Assembly (NCBI GenBank): GCA_964016885.1
Contig: OZ024740.1
Coordinates: forward strand, 24,118,001-24,182,000
Origin: Eledone cirrhosa
Lineage: Eukaryota
Direction: 5' to 3'
DNA length: 64,000 bases
Part shown: positions 1 through 13,913 of the stretch, piece by piece
Position numbering within the stretch: the stretch's first letter is position 1
Layout: the number at the start of each line of letters is the position of its first letter
The notes under the pieces: generated by a model
What the model was told of the DNA's origin: nothing
The model's input: the letters and a program-made list of their open reading frames with translations, nothing else
The model's database searches: none
Program-made: the position numbers and the translations under genes

Positions 1-1855
1 TTCCTGTGCTGTTTTCGTCGCCGTTTTACCTATGCTGTTCTTGTTACTATTTTTAACTATGCTGTTCTCATCGCTGTGTTACCTATGCTGTTCTAGTTAA
101 TGTTATTAATTATGCTGTTCTCATCACTGTTTTTCCTATGTTGTTCTCATCGCTGTTTTACATTCGTTGTTCTTGTTACTGTTATTAACTATGCTGTTTT
201 CATTGCTGTTTTTTCCTATGCTGTTCTCATTGCGATTTTACCTATCCTGTTCTTGTTACTGTTAGTAGCTATGCTGTTCTCATTGCTGTTTTACCTATGC
301 TGTTCTTGTTATCAACTATGCTGTGCTCATTGCTAATTTAGATATGATGTTCTGCTTACTGTTATTAACCATGCTGTTCTCATTGCTGTTTTACCCATGC
401 TGTTCAGGTTACTTTTATTAACTATGCTGTTCTCATCGCTGTTTTACCTATGCTGTTCTTGTTACTGTTATTAACTATGCTGTTCTCATTGCTGTTTTTC
501 CCATGTTGCTCTCATCGCTGTTTTACATATGTTGTTCTTGTTACTGTTATTAACTATTCTATACTCATTGCTGTTTTACCTATGCTATTTTTGTTACTGT
601 TATTAACTATGCTGTTCCCATCGCTGTTTTACCTATGCTGTTCAGGTTACTGTTATTAACTATGCTGTTCTCATCGCTGTTTTACCTATGCTGTTCTCAT
701 CTCTGTTTTATCTATGCTGTTCTTGTTACTGTTATTAACTATGCTGTTCTCATCGCTGTTTTACCTATGCTGTTCTGGTTACTGTTATTAACTATGCTTT
801 TCACATCGCTGTTTTACCTATGCTGTTCTTGTTACTGCTATTAACTATGCTGTTCTCATCGCTGTTTTACATATGCTGTTCTGGTTACTGTTATTAACTG
901 TGCGGTTCTCATTGCTGTTTTTTCCTATGCTGTTCTCATCGCTGTTTTACATACGTTGTTTTTGTTACTGTTACTAACTATGCTGCTTTCATTGCTGATT
1001 TTTTCTACGCTGTTCTCATTGCTGGTTTACCTATGCTGTTCTTGTTACTGTTATCAACTATGCTGTTCTCATTGCTATTTTAGATATGATGTACTGCTTA
1101 CTGTTATTAACTATGCTGTTCTCATTGCTGTTTTTTCGTATGTTGTATTCATCGTTGTTTTACATGTGTTGTTCTTGTTACTGTTATTAACTATGCTGTT
1201 CTTATTGCTGTTGTTTCCTATTCTGTTCTCATTGCTGTTTTACCTATGTTGTTCTTGTTACTGTTATTAACTATTCTGTTCCCATCGCTGTTTTACCTAT
1301 GCTGTTCAGGTTACTGTTATTAACTATGCTGTTCTCATCGCTCTTTTACCTATGCTGTTCAGATTACTGTTATTAACTATGCTGTTCTCATCGCTGTTTT
1401 ACCTATGCTGTTCTTGTTACTGTTATTAACTATGCTGTTCTCATCGCTGTTTTACCTATGCTGTTCTTGTTACTGTTATTAACTATGCCTTTCTCATTTC
1501 TGTTTTACCTATGCTGTTCTTGCTACTGTTATTAACTATGCTGTTCTCACCGCTCTTTTACCTATGCTCTTCTTGTTACTGTTATTAACTATGCTGTTTT
1601 ATCTATTCTGGTCTTGTTGCTTTTTTACCTATTCTGATCCTATTGCTGTTTTACCTATGTTCTTGTTGGTGTTCTTGTTGCTGTTTTTACCCATGCTGTT
1701 CTTATTGCAGTTTTATCCATGCGTTTCTCATTGCTGTTTTTACCTATGCAAATACTCATTGTTATTTTGATCTATGTTTTTCTTATTGCTGTTTTTACCT
1801 ATGCTATACTTATAGCTGTTTTTACCTATGTTGTTCTTGTTTCATATTAGGCTAG
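1..1855. repeat. Degenerate 53-bp tandem minisatellite (26+27-bp dimer), truncated by the window start
   Basis: Unit CTATGCTGTTCTCATCGCTGTTTTAC+CTATGCTGTTCTTGTTACTGTTATTAA, with clean copies around 1377-1490. It decays into ~26-bp monomers after ~1600. Confidence 0.95.
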
Positions 1856-2224
1856 TCGTGATTTCAGGACCTCTCTTTCCCTTTCAAGACAAACTATGAT
1901 CAACACTAACCAGTTTTCTTCTTAATATCTGTTATCAATTAATTATAAATACTGTCTGTTCATTACATTGTGTATGGAAGACAGTTTCTTCTACCATAGC
2001 GTCGCATCGAGCAATCCCCGTGCCTGAAATTGAGCAAAAGGAAACTGTATGGAAACCTGTAGTATTCATTGTGCTTGTAAATTAAGTCTCGTCACATAAT
2101 GTATGACTCTAATTCTACGTGTGTATTACATTAAACGAGATGGGATTTCAGTTCATTGATTGACAGAATGCTTATCGTGGAAACTGATGGAAGAACCATT
2201 GCACACACAGACTCGCAAATACAC

Positions 2225-2386
2225 GCATATACACAGACACAGATACACAGATACACAGATACACAGATACACAGATACACACATACATACACACACATAG
2301 ACACACACACATATATACACACGCAAACACACACACACACACACAGACCCCCCCCCCCCACACACACACACATATATATATATATA
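2225..2386. repeat. Compound microsatellite (ACACAGAT)n/(CA)n/polyC/(TA)n
   Basis: Read directly from the sequence. Confidence 0.95.
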
Positions 2387-3289
2387 GGGTGAGATAATGT
2401 GGGCAAAATAAAGACGGAATAAATGAGAGGTAATAATTTTTTCTTACCAAATTTCCTCCTTTGCTACATACTATTAAATCTTTATTTCAATTCGTTGACA
2501 TTCCCCAATCTCCTGAAGGAGCTGGTGACGATGAAGAGATTAAAACTTCGCAACAATCATTCCCTCCCAAATAACATTAATATAACTATGGGAGAGAAAT
2601 GAAATTTTGAAAAACAGCTAGAAGTAAAACTAAAAGGCAAATGCTTAAAAAATACAGAAAATAAAATGAAAAATGGATAAAATAGAGAAAAATATCTCGG
2701 AGCATCTATTGGTCGTGACGAAATTAAAATTACAATTAAATTTAGCAATTAATTAATTAATTAAAAAGTGAAATTAAAAAATATAAAATTAAATGAAACT
2801 TTATAGCTCACTAAAATAATGTTGCAAAGTGGAAAGCAATATTCATACCAGTAATTGTGTATTTTAAATGATCGATAATCCATTCACGTAGTTATTTTCG
2901 TAATTATGAAGAAGCTATGCATACAGAGAGTTGAACGAAAAAATGAAAACTTATAATGTGGCAAGAAATTTGGAAATATAATTATTTTCGTTTCTAATAT
3001 AATTTGAAAATTGTTCCAAAATAGTTGAAAAAATACGTAGATAGTTTACATTTTTTTGTAAAAATCGCTTTAGAATATAGAGAAAATGCAGCGAAAATTG
3101 TTGAAAAGAGTGAGAAAAATTCAAAAATACAGATATAGCACCGATGTTTCCACATTTGGTGATATGGCGCTTCATTTCGTTTGTGCATATTTATAAGCGG
3201 ATACTTGGATTTCTCGCGACCCCTCAGACTATCTAACCCATCTCAGGAGTTTAGCTCAAGGCCTTAGATTTAGTTTTAAATATTTACGC

Positions 3290-3456
3290 CAGTGTTTCCC
3301 AAAGTGGGTTCCGCAAAAGAATTTCTGGGGTCCCGTGACATAAGGTAGAAAAATATATTAATATCACGACCATATAACATTGCTAGACTTAGGGGTTCCC
3401 CATAAGGTTTCTGAACAAAGAAAGATTCTGCGTTTGAAAAAGTTTGGGAAACACTG
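3290..3456. mobile_element. hAT-superfamily MITE (167 bp)
   Basis: 14-bp TIRs CAGTGTTTCCCAAA (3290-3303) and TTTGGGAAACACTG (3443-3456). 8-bp TSD ATTTACGC (3282-3289) / ACTTACGC (3457-3464), 7/8 match. CAGTG termini with an 8-bp TSD are typical of hAT/Charlie. Confidence 0.9.
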
Positions 3457-3854
3457 ACTTACGCATTCCTGTTATTATAGTTGAAAAATTACTTAGTCCA
3501 CAAAAGCGAACAGTCCGGCACGGATTTGGAACTAAGAGTGGTGTGAAATTGCTGGCAAAATTAGAGAAATGATGGGAAAATGGAACAAAACTAATTACAA
3601 ACAAATGAAAAATCGTTTATTGAAAATTGTAAAATAGAAAATTGTAAAACCTGTAAGTCATTTATGCCACAGAAAAACGCACACAAAACCCTATTAAATT
3701 CACTGAAATTTCATCATTTATTTCCTGGTGACAAAAGTTTCATCTCATTCCTTGCATGTTGTCTGAGATTTAGTCACTTGCTGAACACATGAAACAAGTG
3801 GAGATACATGGGAAAATTTAGAAAATGACGAAAGAATATATATATTTTTTTAAA

Positions 3855-4056
3855 GGTGTGTGGCTGATTGGTTAGAGAATTGGATTCGCAATTGTGAGGT
3901 TGTGAGTTCGATGCCTGGACCGGGCGATGCGTTATGTCCTTGAGAAAGACACTTTATTTCACGTTGCTCCTTCTACCTGGAGTTGCGACCGATAGATAGT
4001 ATTAGCAATTGGAAAGACGGACGGAAACATTGTTTCCTCGGTCCGATTTGACGAAA
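3855..4056 (+). mobile_element. tRNA-derived SINE, family A (CORE-like central motif)
   Basis: A box TGGCTGATTGG and B box GAGTTCGATGCC. The motif GTCCTTGAGAAAGACACTT resembles the CORE domain. Homologous copies at 16147-16362, 16796-16999 and 18759-18857. Confidence 0.85.
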
Positions 4057-4262
4057 GAATAAATGAAAAAAGACAAAAATATTTCGGTTTTCTTTGCATT
4101 TTCCATCCTGCAGTTTTCTGTGAATCTCCTACGGAATACCTTCCTTATTTTACTAGATTGTTGTTATTTTATTGTTGTTGTTAGTGTTGTTATAACTGTT
4201 TTAGATGTTTTACCTGTATTGGTTGTGCTTCTTATCTTTGTTTAATTATCTCATATCATCGT

Positions 4263-4565
4263 AGGCCGGTGGATTGGCAAAGTGGTTAGAGTGCCGCACC
4301 ATAGTCTTTATGGCATTGTTCAGGGTTTAAATCCCAGTGAGGTCAACTTTTATATTTATCCACCTGGCTCCGATAAAATAGAGCTCCGGTTACGAACGGG
4401 GATGTATATACTCGACGTCCCCTTCCTACATATTGTTGTTTTTGTGCATACATTAGAAATCATGATTTCTTATTCCTAAGGTCAATCTTGCTTTCTGCTT
4501 TTGTGGGTCAATAAAATAAAGTAACAGCTTGGGATGATTTAATATATGAATTAGAAATCATTTTT
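4263..4565 (+). mobile_element. Old, diverged family-B SINE copy plus a second partial copy
   Basis: GGTGGATTGGCA...AAATCCCAGTGAGGTCAACTTT...CGATAAAATA...TAGAAATCAT aligns by eye to the family-B consensus. A second 3' fragment starts at ~4479. Confidence 0.65.
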
Positions 4566-4849
4566 CTCTTACCGTCTTGAAGCAGAGTGATATAGTTGTT
4601 AGGATGTTAGTCTCACGATCGTAAAGTTGTGAACACGATTCTCGATGAAGAGTTGGATTATTCAGCCAGGTCTAGTCCCCATAATTGACAAAAGTGAGAC
4701 GTACCTACAATTGTACTGACCACATTGTTACACGTGCTACACACACACACACACGCATGTATATATATATGCAATCGAAACAGTTGTAATATACAAATAT
4801 GGTGTGTAGTTATACTGCAGCACTGACTTCGACTCTTATATCTATCTAT

Positions 4850-4850
<1 letters not shown>

Positions 4851-4936
<86 letters not shown>

Positions 4937-4975
4937 CTCCCTCTCTCTCTCTCTCTCTCTTTCTCTCCCCCTCTC

Positions 4976-5010
<35 letters not shown>

Positions 5011-5252
5011 CTATATATCTATATATCTATCTATCTATCTATATATATATATTATTTAAAATATAATATATATTATATAAAATATATATATATATATATT
5101 TTATTTTATTTTTATACTTTTATATCTTGTTATTGCCTCCTCCATATTGAGGACGCCTTTGCATGTAAACTCCCCCCTTTGTACTTGTCCCACTTTTGAT
5201 GCCCTGGTGGCAAATAAAAAGAAAGTTATCTATATATATATATATATATATA

Positions 5253-5315
<63 letters not shown>
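4851..5315. repeat. (CT)n/(CTAT)n/(TA)n microsatellite cluster
   Basis: Read directly. It encloses a short dispersed-repeat fragment at ~5130-5225. Confidence 0.9.
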
Positions 5316-5316
<1 letters not shown>

Positions 5317-5781
5317 CTAAATATTGATGTATAATTTAAGATAAATATCTATACAATTTAGTCATATTTGAAAACATACATACTTATATACATACACACG
5401 CAAACAGATATACAGGTATTCCTTTATTGAAATGTTCAAATTATCATCTGAAAGACATTTGTCAAGAATTTGTCAATTCAGTGTATTACCAAGAATTATT
5501 GCACCTGATGACAGGTGAAACCCACCTTTTTCTACCAAGAAGCATATAATCAATATCTTTCCATGTTATAACTTTCTTCCTTCTATATGCAGAGTTTTTG
5601 TGTTTTTTTTCCAACTTACTTTCTTTATATAATGATTTTTGATATTATGCAGAAAAATTGTGGTAAGGCGATTTTGTTTCGTTTAATAATTTTTATACAC
5701 GTCTCTCTTCTCCTCTCTCTCATTCTTTGTCTTTCGTTCCCTTTCTCCCACCCCACCCTCTCTCTCTATATATATATATAC

Positions 5782-6237
5782 AAATACAGAGTTACTAACT
5801 CATATTGACACCCTGCAATTAACAAGCTGAAAGTATAAATACTGAGCATTATATAATAATATATGTAGAAATAAACACATATTATTATATAATTGTTTCT
5901 ACTATTGGCACAAGGCCAGAAATTACCCAGTACATTACTGGTACTTTATTTTATCGACCCCGTAAGGATGAAAGGCAAAGTTAACATCGGCGGGATTTGA
6001 ACTCAGAATGGCAAGGGCCGTAACTCTATGCGTCAAAGCATGGTGTCCGACCCTCTACCGATACTGCCAATCCACCGCCATTATTCCTTACGGGGTCGAT
6101 AAAATAAAGTACCTGTAATGTACTGGGTAATTGTTGGCCTTGTGCCAAAAGTAGAAACAATTATTATATAATGCTCAGTATTTATACTTTGAGCCTGTTA
6201 ATTGCAGGGTATCAATATGATATCAATAACTGTATTT
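5782..6237. repeat. Imperfect long inverted repeat including the SINE 3' half
   Basis: 5782-5859 plus 5888-5968 is the reverse complement of 6085-6237. Confidence 0.85.
5890..6079 (-). mobile_element. tRNA-derived SINE, family B (short variant)
   Basis: Reverse complement reads GGCGGTGGATTGGCAGTATCGG...GAGTTCAAATCCC (B box)...GCCTTTCATCCTTACGGGGTCGATAAAATAAAGTACCAG...AGTAGAAACAATT. Confidence 0.9.
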
Positions 6238-6642
6238 TATTTGTATTTCGGCTCCCTAAATAGTTGAGCTTATAAGTTGGGTGTATTAAGGCTATTGTTT
6301 TTAACATATACACTCACACCATGTCTAACGTCCAGCGCACGAGGTGAGATATTCATTCGTGTGGCTTTTGGTTGTATGTGCTTGTTCCATTTAATCTTGT
6401 CACTCGCTGTGGAAAGCCTACGGATTATCTGTTACAAACACAATTTTCAGGGCGAAACAGATTAAATCTCTAATCTGTCCGAGAGATGAAATAGTTATTG
6501 AGACGGTCTGTATATATATTCTATATCTTCCGTTTGCTTCAGGTTAAATTTATCAAACCAATGTGGTACTTCTAGCCTCGTAATTTTAGATACACAATTT
6601 ACTGTATTTATTTCTACATATATTATATATATATATATATAT

Positions 6643-6764
6643 AACGAAGGATATGTGGTAAGGAACCAGATGGACCATAATGCACCAGAGTACTCAATAC
6701 TTAGGGTAGTAGAGTAGGTAATAGGAAAAAGTATGACCCCGACGGCAGAGCTCAAGCCGTTTCT
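6643..6764 (-). mobile_element. Fragment of the hammerhead-bearing element family seen at 30.5-30.7 kb
   Basis: GTGGTAAGGAACCAGATGGACCATAA...CCCCGACGGCAGAGCTCAAGCCGTTTC is nearly identical to 30528-30636 and abuts (TA)n. Confidence 0.8.
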
Positions 6765-7020
6765 GGTTCTTATCATTCTCCAACCGTCAATCAAATTTGT
6801 TTTTTAGGTCGGAATTACTACTGTAGTAGGTAAGGGGCTGTATGCTTGAACTGCTGGCGGCACTTCAACGTTTTCACTGTCTTTAGGCGCCCTCTTCTAC
6901 ACCGATCACGTACACACCCGCAACTGTATTGTATGCGACGATCACCGTAAATAATGTTTGGAGGGAATTTTTAAAGCAAATTAGAAAAATATATGAACAA
7001 TATTTAGCATATTTTAAAAA

Positions 7021-10000
7021 ATATACACATATCTACACTCACACACTCTACTCAGGGAAGCGTGTATAATTGATATACACATATCTACACTCACACACTG
7101 TACTCAGGGAAGTGTGTACAGTTGATATACACATATCTACACTCACACACTGTACTCACTGTACTCAGGGAAGTGTGTACAGTTGATATACACATATCTA
7201 CACTCACACACTGTACTCAGGGAAGTGTGTATAGTTGATATACACATATCTACACTCACACACTCTACTCAGGGAAGCGTGTATAATTGATATACACATA
7301 TCTACACTCACACACTGTACTCAGGGAAGTGTGTACAGTTGATATACTCATATCTACACTCACACACTGTACTGAGGGAAGTGTGTACAGTTGATATACA
7401 CATATCTACACTCACACACTGTACTCAGGGAAGTGTGTACAGTTGATATACTCATATCTACACTCACACACTGTACTCAGGGCAGTGTGTATAGTTGATA
7501 TACACATATCTACACTCACACACTGTACTCAGGGCAGTGTGTACAGTTGATATACTCATATCTACACTCACACACTGTACTCAGGGCAGTGTGTACAGTT
7601 GATATACTCATATCTACACTCACACACTGTACTCAGGGCAGTGTGTACAGTTGATATACTCATATCTACACTCACACACTGTACTCAGGGCAGTCTGTAC
7701 AGTTGATATACACATATCTACACTCACACACTGTACTCAGGGAAGTGTGTACAGTTGATATACTCATATCTACACTCACACACTGTACTCAGGGCAGTGT
7801 GTATAGTTGATATACACATATCTACACTCACACACTGTACTCAGGGCAGTGTGTACAGTTGATATACTCATATCTACACTCACACACTGTACTCAGGGCA
7901 GTGTGTACAGTTGATATACTCATATCTACACTCACACACTGTACTCAGTGCAGTGTGTACAGTTGATATACTCATATCTACACTCACACACTGTACTCAG
8001 GGCAGTCTGTACAGTTGATATACTCATATCTACACTCACACACTGTACTCAGGGCAGTGTGTACAGTTGATATACACATATCTACACTCACACACTGTAC
8101 TCAGGGCAGTGTGTACAGTTGATATACACATATCTACACTCACACACTGTACTCAGGGAAGTGTGTATAGTTGATATACTCATATCTACACTCACACACT
8201 GTACTCAGGGCAGTCTGTACAGTTGATATACACATATCTACACTCACACACTGTACTCAGGGCAGTGTGTACAGTTGATATACACATATCTACACTCACA
8301 CACTGTACTCAGGGAAGTGTGTATAGTTGATATACTCATATCTACACTCACACACTGTACTCAGGGCAGTCTGTACAGTTGATATACACATATCTACACT
8401 CACACACTGTACTCAGGGCAGTGTGTACAGTTGATATACACATATCTACACTCACACACTGTACTCAGGGAAGTGTGTATAGTTGATATACTCATATCTA
8501 CACTCACACACTGTACTCAGGGCAGTCTGTACAGTTGATATACACATATCTACACTCACACACTGTACTCAGGGCAGTGTGTACAGTTGATATACACATA
8601 TCTACACTCACACACTGTACTCAGGGAAGTGTGTATAGTTGATATACTCATATCTACACTCACACACTGTACTCAGGGCAGTCTGTACAGTTGATATACA
8701 CATATCTACACTCACACACTGTACTCAGGGCAGTGTGTACAGTTGATATACACATATCTACACTCACACACTGTACTCAGGGAAGTGTGTATAGTTGATA
8801 TACTCATATCTACACTCACACACTGTACTCAGGGCAGTCTGTACAGTTGATATACACATATCTACACTCACACACTGTACTCAGGGCAGTGTGTACAGTT
8901 GATATACACATATCTACACTCACACACTGTACTCAGGGAAGTGTGTATAGTTGATATACTCATATCTACACTCACACACTGTACTCAGGGCAGTGTGTAT
9001 AGTTGATATACTCATATCTACACTCACACACTGTACTCAGGGAAGTGTGTATAGTTGATATACTCATATCTACACTCACACACTGTACTCAGGGCAGTGT
9101 GTACAGTTGATATACTCATATCTACACTCACACACTGTACTCAGGGAAGTGTGTACAGTTGATATACACATATCTACACTCACACACTGTACTCAGGGAA
9201 GCGTGTATAGTTGATATACACATATCTACACTCACTCACTGTACTCAGGGAAGTGTGTACAGTTGATATACACATATTTACACTCACACACTGTACTCAA
9301 GGAAGCGTGTATAGTTGATATACACATATCTACACTCACACACTGTACTCAGGGAAGTGTGTACAGTTGATATACTCATATCTACACTCACACACTGTAC
9401 TCAGGGCAGTGTGTATAGTTGATATACTCATATCTACACTCACACACTGTACTCAGAGCAGTGTGTACAGTTGATATACACATATCTACACTCACACACT
9501 GTACTCAGGGCAGTGTGTACAGTTGATATACTCATATCTACACTCACACACTGTACTCAGAGCAGTGTGTACAGTTGATATACACATATCTACACTCACA
9601 CACTGTACTCAGGGCAGTGTGTACAGTTGATATACTCATATCTACACTCACACACTGTACTCAGAGCAGTGTGTACAGTTGATATATACATATCTACACT
9701 CACACACTGTACTCAGGGCAGTGTGTACAGTTGATATACTCATATCTACACTCACACACTGTACTCAGGGCAGTGTGTATAGTTGATATACACATATCTA
9801 CACTCACACACTCTACTCAGGGAAGCGTGTATAGTTGATATACACATATCTACACTCACACACTGTACTCAGGGGAGTGTGTACAGTTGATATACTCATA
9901 TCTACACTAACACACTGTACTCAGGGAAGTGTGTATAGTTGATATACACATATCTACACTCACACACTCTACTCAGGGAAGCGTGTATAGCTGATATACA

Positions 10001-12694
10001 CATATCTACACTCACACACTGTACTCAGGGAAGTGTGTATAGTTGATATATACATATCTACACTCACACACTGTACTCAGGGCAGTGTGTACAGTTGATA
10101 TACTCATATCTACACTCACACACTGTACTCAGGGCAGTGTGTACAGTTGATATACACATATCTACACTCACACACTGTACTCAGGGCAGTGTGTACAGTT
10201 GATATACACATATCTACACTCACACACTGTACTCAGGGCAGTGTGTACAGTTGATATACTCATATCTACACTCACACACTGTACTCAGGGCAGTGTGTAC
10301 AGTTGATATACTTATATCTACACTCACACACTGTACTCAGGGAAGTGTGTACAGTTGATATACTCATATCTACACTCACACACTGTACTCAGGGCAGTGT
10401 GTATAGTTGATATACACATATCTACACTCACACACTGTACTCAGGGAGTGTGTACAGTTGATATACTCATATCTACACTAACACACTGTACTCAGGGAAG
10501 TGTGTACAGTTGATATACTCATATCTACACTAACACACTGTACTCAGGGAAGTGTGTATAGTTGATATACTCATATCTACACTCACACACTGTACTCAGG
10601 GAAGTGTGTACAGTTGATATACACATATCTACACTCACACACTGTACTCAGGGCAGTGTGTACAGTTGATATACACATATCTACACTCACACACTGTACT
10701 CAGGGAAGTGTGTATAGTTGATATACTCATATCTACACTCACACACTGTACTCAGGGCAGTGTGTACAGTAGATATACTTATATCTACACTCACACACTG
10801 TACTCAGGGCAGTGTGTACAGTTGATATACTCATATCTACACTCACACACTGTACTCAGGGCAGTGTGTATAGTTGATATACACATATCTACACTCAAAC
10901 ACTGTACTCAGGGCAGTGTGTATAGTTGATATACTCATATCTACACTAACACACTGTACTCAGAGAAGTGTGTACAGTTGATATACACATATCTACACTC
11001 ACACACTGTACTCAAGGAAGCGTGTATAGTTGATATACACATATCTACACTCACACACTGTACTCAGGGAAGTGTGTACAGTTGATATACACATATCTAC
11101 ACTCACTCACTGTACTCAGGGAAGTGTGTACAGTTGATATACACATATCTACACTCACACACTGTACTCAGGGCAGTGTGTACAGTTGATATACACATAT
11201 CTACACTCACACACTGTACTCAGGGCAGTGTGTACAGTTGATATACACATATCTACACTCACACACTGTACTCAGGGCAGTGTGTACAGTTGATATACAC
11301 ATATCTACACTCACACACTGTACTCAGGGAAGTGTGTATAGTTGATATACTCATATCTACACTCACACACTGTACTCAGGGAAGTGTGTATAGTTGATAT
11401 ACTCATATCTACACTCATACACTGTACTCAGGGAAGCGTGTATAGTTGATATACACATATTTACACTCACACACTGTACTCAAGGAAGCGTGTATAGTTG
11501 ATATACACATATCTACACTCACACACTGTACTCAGGGAAGTGTGTACAGTTGATATACTCATATCTACACTCACACACTCTACTCAGGGAAGTGTGTATA
11601 GTTGATATACACATATCTACACTCACACACTCTACTCAGGGAAGTGTGTACAGTTGATATACTCATATCTACACTCACACACTGTACTCAGGGAAGTGTG
11701 TACAGTTGATATACACATATCTACACTCACACACTGTACTCAGGGAAGTGTGTACAGTTGATATACTCATATCTACACTCACACACTGTACTCAGGGAAG
11801 TGTGTACAGTTGATATACTCATATCTACACTCACACACTGTACTCAGGGAAGTGTGTACAGTTGATATACACATATCTACACTCACACACTGTACTCAGG
11901 GAAGTGTGTATAGTTGATATACTCATATCTACACTCACACACTGTACTCAGGGCAGTCTGTACAGTTGATATACTCATATCTACACTCACACACTGTACT
12001 CAGGGAAGTGTGTATAGTTGATATACACATATCTACACTCACACACTGTACTCAGGGAAGTGTGTACAGTTGATATACTCATATCTACACTCACACACTG
12101 TACTCAGGGAAGTGTGTATAGTTGATATACACATATCTACACTCACACACTGTACTCAGGGAAGTGTGTACAGTTGATATACTCATATCTACACTCACAC
12201 ACTGTACTCAGGGAAGTGTGTACAGTTGATATACTCATATCTACACTCACACACTGTACTCAGGGAAGTGTGTATAGTTGATATACACATATCTACACTA
12301 ACACACTGTACTCAGGGCAGTGTGTACAGTTGATATACTCATATCTACACTAACACACTGTACTCAGGGAAGTGTGTATAGTTGATATACACATATCTAC
12401 ACTCACACACTGTACTCAGGGCAGTGTGTATAGTTGATATACTCATATCTACACTCACACACTGTACTCAGGGAAGTGTGTATAGTTGATATACACATAT
12501 CTACACTAACACACTGTACTTAGGGAAGTGTGTATAGTTGATATACACATATCTACACTCACACACTGTACTCAGGGCAGTGTGTATAGTTGATATACTC
12601 ATATCTACACTCACACACTGTACTCAGGGAAGTGTGTATAGTTGATATACACATATCTACACTAACACACTGTACTCAGGGAAGCGTGTATAGT
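7021..12694. repeat. Homogeneous 52-bp minisatellite, ~109 copies
   Basis: Unit GATATAC(A/T)CATATCTACACTCACACACTGTACTCAGGG(A/C)AGTGTGTA(C/T)AGTT. Period 52 checked at 8121 and 8173. Confidence 0.98.
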
Positions 12695-13643
12695 TAAGAC
12701 GCTACACATATATACACAGATGAAAAAAAGAAAGATCTACACATAGGCATTGATACCCTCACACAGACATGTTCATACAACTACATCCACCCAGATATGT
12801 GCACACACGTGCGCATGCATATCTGCGTGGACGCACATACATACATGTACCCACGTATGTTCATATCGAGGGCGCATACTTGATGAATACTCTCCCATCC
12901 GTACACACGCGCGCGGCTGTGCACATGGTGCACATCGTATTATATGGGACAACGTTCTTGAGGCTTGGACCCAACCCGATCATGTGGCGATATAAGCCCG
13001 AAAGTGCATGCACAATATGCATAAATATTATAGCCGCATAGTATCCCTGCACTAATTACAAATAACTTGGGTGGCACATATATATAGAAACATGCCTGTA
13101 TCTACATAAAATAAAATAATATAAATAAATTAATATAAAATAAAATAAAATAAAATGCTGGAAAAAGGAATGTATAAATGACAAGGATGCAGAGGGGGAC
13201 CGGACATTGTTGGGTGTGCGTAAAGTTGCATAAAATACTTGAGGGCTGTGGTGCATATGGTTATATAATATACATGGGGACTGGTGATCTAAGGTACTGG
13301 GTAAGAGTCTGCACATGATGCAGGTCTCATGGCTGGTGAACACATGGGGACCTTGCGTGCATACACAAACAAGTTATATATATTGTGGATGTGTATAACA
13401 TCCATTTCATAATAGTATATATGAGATGTACATGTATTGGATGTATACATGGAATATATAGGGTATGTGTTTCATAGCAGTATATATGAAATGTACGTGG
13501 AATGTATGCATGATTGGAATGTACCAGCGGCTTGTGTTGTAGGCGTGTATATATCAACGGCAGGCAAAGTTAAAATTAACCGCGACATTAACCTTAAGAC
13601 CAGCATCAGGTAGCGAATTAAACACCACGAATCTAAGATCGAA

Positions 13644-13805
13644 AATCAAAGTTTGGAAATTTAAAACCACACATATGGTTGTAGACCAAATCAGACTTAT
13701 ATTGAGTCGGGGTCCGCAAATTGGTGCGGTGGTGCTATCCAGGGTACGTGTGTGGTTTTTTAAATTTTTAAATTTTTTAAATTTTTAAATTTCCAATCTT
13801 TGATT
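13644..13805. repeat. Short inverted repeat (MITE-like or fold-back)
   Basis: AATCAAAGTTTGGAAATTTAAAACCACACA (13644-13673) versus TGTGTGGTTTTTT(AAATTTTT)nAAATTTCCAATCTTTGATT (13749-13805). Confidence 0.6.
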
Positions 13806-13913
13806 CTGATTCTCTTTTTTTCTGTGATATCATACTCTGCTCTAAAAGAGCATCGTGTGCTCATACGGCCTACCGCATACGGACGTTTAAGCATCCAACA
13901 CCAATTATATATA

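Noticed and set aside
100-1855. Hydrophobic Leu/Cys-rich ORFs
   Set aside because: Translations of the T-rich 53-bp minisatellite.
3855-3930. tRNA gene
   Set aside because: A and B boxes continue into a repeated SINE body and no acceptor stem closes. The same holds for the other SINE heads.
5501-5530. CTGATGA...GAAAC hammerhead-like string
   Set aside because: Only 5 nt lie between the core halves, with no stem II and no compatible stem I or III.
7021-12694. CRISPR-like regular repeat
   Set aside because: No unique spacers, head-to-tail units, no cas genes and a eukaryotic context. The same applies to 25839-27973.
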